From assembly GCA_951406725.2 (NCBI GenBank), contig OX597817.1, positions 150,908,001 to 150,972,000 on the forward strand: a DNA stretch of 64,000 nt. Reading direction: 5' to 3'. Below the pieces are notes generated by a model. The model ran no database searches, was not told the DNA's origin, and saw nothing but the letters and a program-made list of their open reading frames with translations. This document shows positions 1-10,600 of this stretch, piece by piece; within the stretch, counting starts at the first letter, position 1; every line of letters starts with the position of its first letter. Both the position numbers and the translations under genes were made by a program. This stretch comes from Octopus vulgaris. Its lineage: Eukaryota.

Positions 1-2099
1 GTCCAGCAGCACTAGCAATGACCTTGCTCGAATGTTTTTTCACATGCCACCGGCACAAGTGCCAGTAAGGCATCACTGGTAACGATCACGCTCAAATGGT
101 ACTTTTTACGTGCCACCAGCACAGAAGCCAGTTAGCTGCTCTGGCAACGATCACACTCAGATGGTGCTCTTAGCGCTCCACTAGCACGGATGCCAGTCAT
201 CGAATTTGATACTTAATTGTTACATTGTCATAAAGCCACAGATTTGTAAGAGAATGCATAACAGACTGGATCAACCCCAGTACAGGTTTGGTTTTTACAT
301 TATGCCACTTCAGTTTTTGGCTCCATGTAATTAAGACAAAGTTGCTACAAAAACTATATCCAAAAGACTAGCCTTCCTCTTCAGATCCATAAAATACTTC
401 AGCTCTGAACAACTGCTGTCTTCAAAGCTCAAGCGAAATGCACACGAGAGGATTTCACCTCAGTCGTGGATGATACTGTTGCTGGTACAAACAAAATCAT
501 CCTGGACTGCATCCAAAAGGTGGTCAATCCAACTGATTGGCAAGGAATTACTGACAAACTCACAAAACCTCCAGGACACAGACACACTGCCTCTTCTAAA
601 ACTACTACAATGGCCTGCCAACTATGTCCATCCATCTTCCTTCTTGTCAGCCATTCTATGTTGCTTCCAATAAGGCTCCACATTAACTTCTGTGTCCAGT
701 CTCTCTAGAATTCCAACCTTTTGGAATACTTTCCAACCTGGATTTTGCTCTAAAGATGTTGATCTATAACTGTTCAAACTAAACGTCAACCACATCAGGT
801 TGACCAGTTTGGATGGCCTGAAAATCACATTGGCATTGTCCCTTTATAGTGGTTGCTTACGTAGACCAGTCACAAGTCCTAGGACTCAAAGCTGGAACGT
901 AACCCGATTTTCACTGCACAGGTGACTGAGATTGCCTCCCCCTCCCCATCAATGTGACCTGGCACAGGTGCCCATTATCTGTGTCTGGCGATATGGCTTG
1001 GCTAAAATAATCCATCTTGTGATTCTTTCCTGCAACATTCTAATATGATATCTGTAGTACCAGACTCCTTGATCTCCAAGCTACACACCCTGTGGTGTAA
1101 CATTACTCCCTCAAATATTAAATTTTGTAATTTTCCTGGTGGTGACAATATTTTTTGTTTAGTTTTAGTTAATAAGGGCACATAGCTTGGTGGTTAGCAT
1201 GTTGCTGGTCAGTCACAGAGTTAACTGCCCAGTGATTGCTGGAACTCATTCACAGCTGAGTGGATTGGAGCCACAAGGAATGAAGTGCTTTTCTCAAGAA
1301 CACAATGCAGTGCTTGGTCCAGGAATTGAAACCACAATCTTATGACTGTGAGTGCAACACCCTAACCACTTGGGGAGATCAAGAAGTCTCTCCAGGTGGA
1401 ACTGTTATTTCTAGCATTTGGAATTCACGTGCCAAGAGCACCATCTGAGTGTGATCGTTGCCAGAGCGGCTAACTGGCTTCCATGCCGGTGGCACGTAAA
1501 AGGCACCATTCGAGCGTGATCATTACCAGCGTCGCCTTACTGGCACCTGTGCTGGTGGCATGTGTAAAAAGATTCGAGCGAGGTTTTTGCCAGTACCACC
1601 TGACTGGCCCCGTGCTGGTGACACGTAAAAAGCACCCACTACAAGATGGTGGGAGGATAAATATGAACACACAAATTTTAGTTTCCATTCACTATATCTG
1701 TTCACAAGGCTTTGGTCAGCTCAACGCTATAGTAGAAGACACTTTCTCAAGGTGCCACACCCTGGAACTGAACCTGGAACCAAGCAGTAGGGGAGCAAAC
1801 TTCTTCATTTCATTATATTGGCCATAAAGGCCTTACATTGAGAAAGGAAGCTGTGAGCTGGACACAGACATAATGTTATATGAAATGAAAAATGAAAATG
1901 ATGATTAATAGGGGGAAAAGCGACGCCTGCCGATCGTTTCTTTTGTCCCCGAGAACATTGATCCCTTATATTATTCGTGAGGCAGCAAACCTCTTACATT
2001 GTTCACAATTCAATAACAAAATGAGGCACCTAAGCCTCTTATCCATATTCCTCCCCAACATCGCTTGTGACCGCATCCTCCGCCATCACCCACGCCTCT

Positions 2100-2740
2100 T
2101 ACCACACAGCCATGCTAGCACCTCCAATTAGTATGTCACAAGACAGGTTATCAAAGTCAAGCCAACCAGCAAGAGACCCAGGGGCAACCAAGAACGAGAT
2201 GGTTGGACGATATCCATAAACTCAATTGGTCATGCTTGGGAATCTGGCTGCAAAGAGTCATGGTGGTTGCTCGTAAGGTGGCAAGCTGGCAGAAACGTTA
2301 GCACACTGGGCGAAATGCTTAGCAGTATTTCGTCTGTCTTTATATTCTGAGTTCAAATTCCGCCATGGTTGACTTTACCTTTCATCCTTTCGGGGTTGAT
2401 AAATTAAGTACCAGTTATGCACTGGGGTCAATGTAATTGACAATCCGTTTGTCTGTCTTTGTTTGTTCCCTCTGTGTTTAGCCCCTTGTGGGTAGTAAAG
2501 AAATAGGTATTTCGTCTGTCTTTATATTCCGAGTTCAAATTCCACCATGGTTGACTTTACCTTTCGTCCTTTCATGGTTAATAAATTAAGTACCAGTCAC
2601 GTACTGGGGTCAATCTAATCAAGTGCCCCCCCCCGCCCCTCTCCAAAAATTTTGGGTCTTGTGCCTTGAGTTGAAAAGAATGGTGGTTGCTTGTGATAGG
2701 ACTTCATGGACAAGGTGTCTGAAAGCTCTACCCACCCCAA
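2100..2740 (+). mobile_element. RTE-type LINE 3' remnant interrupted by a SINE
   Basis: KPTSKRPRG.PRTRWLDDI-like C-terminus; SINE 2275-2679 flanked by duplicated ATGGTGGTTGCT (2260-2271, 2680-2691). Confidence 0.6.
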
Positions 2741-2857
2741 AATAGTAAGTGGAGAATATGGATGTGTTGAATGGGAGTTTGAATTCAGAACAAGGGTGAA
2801 ACAGAACAGAAAATAAAGAAACTGAAAATAATCTGAAGGCAATGTTAATAAGCTTAC

Positions 2858-2915
2858 TTTGATAGTTTTGTCATCAGCAGCACTTACAACCCTCCAGGAA
2901 TCAGCTTGGAGACAT
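2858..2915 (-). CDS. FBXW-like coding exon 12 (WD6)
   Basis: tttaag|[19 protein letters not shown]|gtaagc; 58 nt, phase matches exon 11. Confidence 0.92.
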
Positions 2916-5900
2916 CTTAAATAAAATAAATAAATAAATACTAAAAATACAAACAAACAATAGTTGTAGTTTCTACAATTAACACTAAAAGAAAAGAAAA
3001 TTTTTTAAATGTAAAAATTTTAAAAGATAACTTTTTCACATTTTTCTTTCTTTTCTTTTTTTGTTTTGCTAAAGTTACAGCAAATTCATCAGATTAAAAT
3101 GAAATTCCATAGCATAGCACTATCCTTAATTGTTTAGCTACAAACCTATTTAACTTTCAGAAAATCTGAGTGGGGAAAGAGGAGAGGAAATGAATTCGAA
3201 ATATTTTTGGTTCTTCAATCAGCAGTCAGAGAAACTAGAGTGGTAATAAGAATAACAGGCAGGAAATTGCAAAACTGGGCCGATAATAGATCAAACAGAA
3301 AAGCCAGAAGGCGAGAGTGTGTTGCCATAATCACCCATAGTAATCTACAGTTTGCTTCCAACCAACCAACCACATATTTCTTAGATTACTTCACATTCAG
3401 ATTTGGGTTAAATCAGTCTATAGTTTGCATAAATTTTATCAGCCTTATACACTGCTGCCTCCCTACCACTCATATATATATATATATTAATAAATGAAAT
3501 AAAACATATGCATATATATAAACTTATATGTACGTACCTACCTCTACATGTACATGCATATATGAGTACAGGACACCAAAGGGATGTCGAACACAATGAG
3601 AAACGAAAACATAGACACAAACCAAAGGAACTGGACATTTTTTTAAAAACAACAAAAAAATAGAGTACAAGACAATTAACACAAAGAAAAAACCCCTTCT
3701 TCAGTCGCTACGGTTTCATCTACTCTACGTTTCGGAGGATAAAAGCGAAAAGATATATATATATCTTGTTATATTTCGGAATGGTCATTTTGCCAGTTTA
3801 GCCAATAAATATATAAACATACAATATATATATATATATATATCAGCAAAATTTTGATTCAGATGAATATGCTACTTAAGTCAAAGACACCAAAATTTTG
3901 TATGGTATTATCCATATAAATCAAATGGGGTGATTATAATCAAAATAAGCAACAAGTATATCTGAGGTAGAGCAGTACAATTGTTTCATGCTACTTCATT
4001 TTATTAAACACTAAGTATTACATCAGTTTTAAAATGTCGAGCAATCTTCAGCCACTTATAGAATTTGCCAGTCAAACGGACAATGCACATTCTTATCTCT
4101 ATTTTTGGCTGAAGATTGCTCGACATTTTAAAACTGATGTAATATTTACAGTGTTTAATAAAATGAAGAAGCATGAAACAATTGTACTGCTCTACCTTGG
4201 ATATACTTGTTGCTTATTTTGATTATATATATGTATATATAATATAATAATAATAATAATGAAATTATTGTATACAGTGCTCAGGTGCACCACAACTTGT
4301 CAGAAAGTGCATATAAAGTACATGCAGTAATGTAGAAATGTCTGGAAAGTGAACATGCTTGTGTGTGTATGGAGGGGAGAAAATCAAGTGTAGTGTTGGC
4401 GAATCTCAGGAAGCATGGAAGTTTTGAAAGATGCAGTGCTCCGACAACTAACAACAGATGCCGGCAGTTTGTTCCACGCTTCAGCAACTCTCAGCGTGAA
4501 AAAATGTTTCCTGAAGTCATGGGAGCTGTGCTGTTTTCTTACTTTGTAAATATGTCCACGGGTGTTAGATAGGTGGAGTTTGAAGAGGTGCTTAGAGTTA
4601 TTGTTTGTGCGATGGTTGATAATTTTATGGGTGTCTGCCAAGTCAGCTGCCAGACGTCAGAGTTTCAATGTGTCCATGCCCAGGGAAGTAAGGCGTTCAG
4701 GATATGGCAAATGCCTGATGGAGGGTATTCTTTTGGTTGCACATCGCTGAACAGCTTCCAGACGATTGATGTCCTGGGCAAGATAGGGGTTCCAGACCGG
4801 TGATGCAAATTCCAGGTGAGGTCTTACCATAGCTATATAAAGCCGCAGATAGATAGCCGGAGAGCGGCTCACAAAGGATTTGGTGAGTGATGCCAAGACA
4901 CCCTCAGCCTTCTTGACAATTTTAGCGATGTGTTTTGTCCAACGCAAATCACTGTCGACAATAACACCCAGGTCACGTGAACTTGAAGACTTTTTGAGAC
5001 TAGTGTTGTGGAGGGAGTAGGTGGACGCTGGGTTTCTCCTCCCAAAATGCATGGTGGTACATTTGTCCACAGCCAGCTTGAGTTGCCAGTCCATGATCCA
5101 CTGCTGCATTGTGTCCAGGTCTGCTTGCAATAGAGATCCATAGTGTACAGGATTTGACCTCTTTATTTCGAGGTACAGCTTGATGTCATCTGCATATTTC
5201 AGTACTGTGGCATTCTTTAAGTTGGCATCTATGTCATTAACATATGCAACAAATAAAAGGGGGCCAAGAACAGATCCCTGCGGCACACCAGATGTCATCT
5301 CATAGGGCGAAGAGTGCTGTCCTAGAACTGTGACAACCTCTTTTCGGCTGAAAATAAAGGACTTTAACCAGTTATAGAGTTCGTCTCTTACACCCAACGC
5401 AGAAAGCTTCACCATAAGTCTTTTGTGTGGCACAGAGTTAAAAGCCTTAGCAAAGTCCAGGTAAACAATATCCACCCAGGATCCGCGATCAGTGATTTGG
5501 GTAACGTCCTCAAGAAACTCGATGAGTTGATTACAGCAGCTGGAGTTAGGAATAAATCCAAATTGTGACGGCTGGATGAGGCTGTGAGACTTCCAGAAGT
5601 TCCAGAGGGTTTCTCTGATACAGGATTCCATCAGTTTGGCGATGCAGCTAGTAAGACTGATGGGGCGATAGTTGACAGGCGATGTGCGGTCGCCTTTTTT
5701 GAACAGAGGGATGACACTGGCAGTTTTCCACTGTTCTGGAGTAACACCATTGTCAAGACAGAATTGGAAGAATAGAGAAAGTTGGCTTTATTTATTCAAG
5801 GTCACAATACATATATTAAATTGCTACTAACAGTTCCATATGTTGAGAGAACTCAAACATATTCTTCAGGTGTGTGTGTGTATAAAATTATATTCAATTT

Positions 5901-7649
5901 CTTTAGTTCATTATACGTAGTTTGCACCTGAAGAATATATTTGAGTTCTCACACCAGATGGAACTGCTAGTAGCACTTTAATACATGTATTGTGACCGTA
6001 AATAAATAAATATTTCTCTCTCAACAGATTGTTGAATTTTCTTCATGGATCAGTACATTATATATGTATGTATGTGTATACTCACTTTAATTGTTTCAGT
6101 TCTGTGACCATGCTGGAGCACCGCCTTTAGTCGAGCAAATCGACCCCAGGACTTATTCTTTGTAAACCTAGTACTTATATGTATATATATATATATAATA
6201 CCAATGATCAACTTCTCATTGTTAATTACTGCTCCACTTCTTTTCTTTTCTATAGACACACACACTAAATGATGATGATTGATCACACACACACACACAC
6301 ACACACATTTATATATGTATATCATCCTTTAATGTTTGTTGTCTAAGCTGGTATGGGTTGGACTGTTTGATCAGGGCTGATAAAGTGAGGGGCTGCACCA
6401 GACTCCAGTCTGATTTGGCATGGTTTCTACAGCCCTTCCTAATATGCCACATTGCCTCTATGAGGCCTGTCACTCGAAAGGCGCTTTTTATGTGCCACGA
6501 CTATGATTTCACTTGGTTTGACGGGTCTTCTCAAGCACGGCATATCGTCAAAGGTCTTGACCACTAGCCATTGCTTCCATGAGGCCCAGTGTTTGAGGAT
6601 TATGCTTCACCACCTTTACCCATGTCTTCCTGGGTCTACCATTCCAACAGGTTCCCTCCACAGAAATCAGCACTTTTTTTAAACAGTTGTCCCGTGCGGT
6701 GGAATGTAAAAAGCACCATCTGAATGTGGCTGATGCCAGCACTGCCTTGACTGGCGTCTGTGTCGGTGGCACGTACAAAGCACCCACTACACTCACGGAG
6801 TGGTTGGCGTTAGGAAGGGCATCCAGCTGTAGAAACACTGCCAGATCAGACTGGAGCCTGGTGTAACCTCCTGGCTTCCCAGACCCCGGTCGAACTGTCC
6901 AACCCATGCTAGCATGGAAAACGGATGTTAAACGATGATGATGATGTCCTTGTCCATACGCATCACATGATCATACCAACGCAGTCATCTCTCTTGCGCA
7001 CCACATCTGATACCATTAATGCCCAACCTTTCTCTCAAGATGTACACTGTTGTACATGCACACTGACATTGCACATCCAGTGAAGTATACTAGCTTCATT
7101 TATTACAAGCCTATGGTAATATATATCTAATATGATAAATGTGAAAACTAATTTCTGTGTGTCACTTAGACTCCCTGATGGAGTGAGAATAATAATAGGC
7201 ATTGAGACAGTGAGGGCGGTGGTGAAGACAGACAGAGAGAGGGAGAAAGAAAAAGAGAGAGAGAGAGAGAGAGAAAAGGATACAAAGAAATTTAGGAGTG
7301 TTGATGTTTTTATTAGAAGTAGTAGTATTGATGGAAGCAGTGGGAGTAATAAAAGAGAGAAAGAGGGACTGAACACTGAAGTAACATGCTGAACGAACAC
7401 ACACATTTAACCTTTTTGTGATGGTAATGGAGTGATAGTAATATTATGAGCTGTAGTTGTGATAGAGGTGGAGGTGGCAGTGATAGTCAGGGATGATGGT
7501 GAGAGTAAGCGATGTGAAGGACAGTGGTCATGGTGGTGGAGGGGAAGGCAAGGAAGTCAAAGGCATTGATGGTGGTGGCGTCAGAAGTGTGAATGGCATG
7601 TATGGCAGTTGTGGTACTGGCGATAATGATGGTTGAAAACAAACAACAG

Positions 7650-7688
<39 letters not shown>

Positions 7689-10600
7689 AAGAAAGAGGTT
7701 AGATAGCAAAAAAAAAAAAAAATTGTACTGACCCCCACGAATGGGAAGACGAATAATATTTACCATGCAGCTCTGCAATAAGTTCCAAGTTGACAAGTTA
7801 TATCATTGTTTTAATGAAAATTGTTCATTGCTTGAAAAATATTGTTTAATAAAATTTAATACATACTCCATGCATGATGTGTGATAGTTGGGCCCAATGA
7901 AGAGCCCTTCATAGGAGCTAGCTTAAAATCTGCCTGATAGGGTGGCTTTTAAGCGAGTATGTGTATGTTTGTGTATACCCTTGTCTTGACATCGTATGTT
8001 TGTCATTGAGCATCACCATCATACAAAGATGATATTCATTTCCAATCTTCAGTGAAAGTCAAGTCTGACCAAGGTGCATGTATGACCTTGTTTGGAAACA
8101 GGTAAGTGTTGGTGACAGGAAGGGCATCCAGCTGTAGAGAATCATCCTCAACATATTTTGTCTGAGCCATGGAAAGGAGGATGTTAAACAATCTATATCT
8201 GTGTGAGTGTGTGTGGATAGGTAGATAGATAGATAAATAGATAGCTGTTGTCTAATAATTTTGGTGCTTTGGCTACTTGCACAAATGATGATTGTTTTCA
8301 TCATCATCATCATCGTTTAACGTCTGCTTTCCATGCTAGCATGGGTTGGACGATTTGACTGAGAACTGGCAAACCAAATGGCTGCACCAGGCTCCAATCT
8401 GATCTGGAAGTGTTTCTACAGCTGGATGCCCTTCCTAATGCTAACCAGTCCGAGAGTGTAGTGGGTGCTTTTTACATGCCACCGGCATGAGGGCCAGTCA
8501 GGCAGTACTGGCAACAGCCATGCTCAAATGGTGTTTTTTACGTGCCACCTGCACAGGAGCCAGTCCTGTGACACTGGCAACAGCCTCGCTCGAATGTTTT
8601 TTCATGTGCCACCAGCACAAGTGCCAGTAAGGCAACGCTGGTAACAATCACGCTCAAATGGTGCTTTTTATGTGCCACTGGCATGAAATCCAGTTAGCCA
8701 CTCTGGCAATGATCACGCTTGGATGGTGCTCTTAGCGCTCCACTAGCATGGATGCCAGTCATCAAATTTGATTTCGATTTTACTTGCCTCAACAGGTCTT
8801 CACAAGCAGAGTTTAGTGCTCAATGAAGGAAAGGTACACCCAGGCTGAAAATTAGGTATGTTTTAAGAAAAGGATCTCAGTTTAAAAATAGCAGAAGTGC
8901 ATTATACTTTACCTGACTACACCCGTGTGTCCTTCAGCAGCTTTCCAGTCAATAGTGTTAACACACACTCCAGTGTGAATGTCCCAAAATTTGAGGTTAC
9001 AATCAAGCGACCCACTAACAATTCGAGTCGAATCAAACTGCAGACAAGTGACAGCATTTTGATGACCATCCAATGTCATGATACAGTTAGCATCAAAATT
9101 CCAAACCTGTTTAATAAATAAAGCTTAATTAATTAAAAAGAAATGTGAGTGTGTTGCCATAATCTCCCATTGTACCAACATATGTAGTGGGGCTCCGAAA
9201 GTGGTCTCAAGGAGTAACGTCCCTGCCTTCCTGAGCTAGTTTTCCACCATATTTCTTAAAAATTGTGGTAGAGGCCTTGGTCTTGGGACCACTCATGTCT
9301 AGAAACTGAGGTTGGGGGTAAGCAAGGGCATGCTCCCCATAGAAAATCCAGCTCCAAAAAAAGCCTTATGATAGTGAAGGTGAATGGGTACCAGCCAGCC
9401 AGCCCAAAGGTTGGGGTGGGCTGCACCTGCCTACCTTAGTTGCTATGGCATTGATGTAAATGTGGCCATCCCCATTAATGGGGACAAAACCTGAATTTAA
9501 AACACTGGATGATGATGAAAGGTCTGGTAGTAATATTTCAAAAGTATTCCATCTAATAGCGTGGCTGTGTGGTTAAGAAGTTTGCTTTTACAGCCACACG
9601 ATTTTAGGTTCAGTCCCACTGCATGGCTCCTTCACCAACCAAATCTTTGTGAATGAATTTGGTGGGTGGAAACGATGCGTGTGTATCTGTATACATATGT
9701 ATGTCTTTGTGTTCATTCTCCCACCATTGCTTCTCAACCGGTGTTGGTTTGTTTACACCCCCATAACTTAGTACTTCAGCAAAAGAGACTGATAGATAAA
9801 AAATAAGTACGGGGGTTAATTTGTATGACTAAACCCTCAAAGGCTGTGCCCCAGCATGGCCGCAGTCCAATGGTCCGATGGCAGGATCAAGTAAAAGATA
9901 TTGGTTGATGCTGCAACATCCCCACTATCTGTAACAGTTCCTCAAATCTATGATAGTCCATTTGTGTTGAGCAATGATAATTTTATGTAAATGAGAGCAA
10001 GCATGGCCATGCAGATTAAGAAGTTCCTTTGCAGCTATATGGTTTTTGGTCCAATCTCACTGTACAGTACCTTTGGTATTGCCTTGAACGAAATAGTTTT
10101 ATTTTTTATAATAAAGGCTTAGTCAAAGAAGGAAGGGCAATTCCCATAACTGTTTTCAGGCATCCTTGGGTGCCTTTAACAAAGTATTTTGTTGCAAACT
10201 CATTGGGAAATGTATTGTGTTCCCCAAAATTCCTGAGTGAGGGATTAAGTCTACCAGCCATGAACAGAAATAATCCTGTTAATGGGCTTCCACATAGTTA
10301 CCATCTATCAAATCTTATGCACAGGAGTCAGACAGATGGCACCTGGCCAAGGTGCTATGCAATGGGATCGAATCCAGAACATGATTGGAATTAGGAAGAC
10401 AGAAACTGTGCAAAGGCTCATCATTTTAATGTCCACTTTTCCATGCTTGCATGGGTTGGACAAAGACTTAATGAGGTAGATTTTCTGTGGTCAGATAGTA
10501 GAAACCTTTTGCTCATGTTGCCAAGGAGCGGGACTGAATTCAAAATCACAAGGTTGCAAAGAAAACTTCTTAAAAACACAACCATGCTTGCATCTTATAC

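Noticed and set aside
330-1110. Several 67-84 aa ORFs; candidate for the missing last WD40 exon
   Set aside because: No VW...H..GV.CLQF..SGS.D..KLWD-type sequence was seen on the minus strand; probably old TE-derived sequence
3690-3745. Minus-strand CGAAAC...CTGAAGA (permuted hammerhead order)
   Set aside because: Stems I and III cannot be formed convincingly; possibly a PLE remnant but unsupported
8460-8760. ~60-bp spaced repeats (GGTGCTTTTTACGTGCCACCGGCAC) superficially like a CRISPR array
   Set aside because: Eukaryotic context; the intervening segments are mutually similar, and the whole array recurs in dispersed retroposon copies; no cas genes
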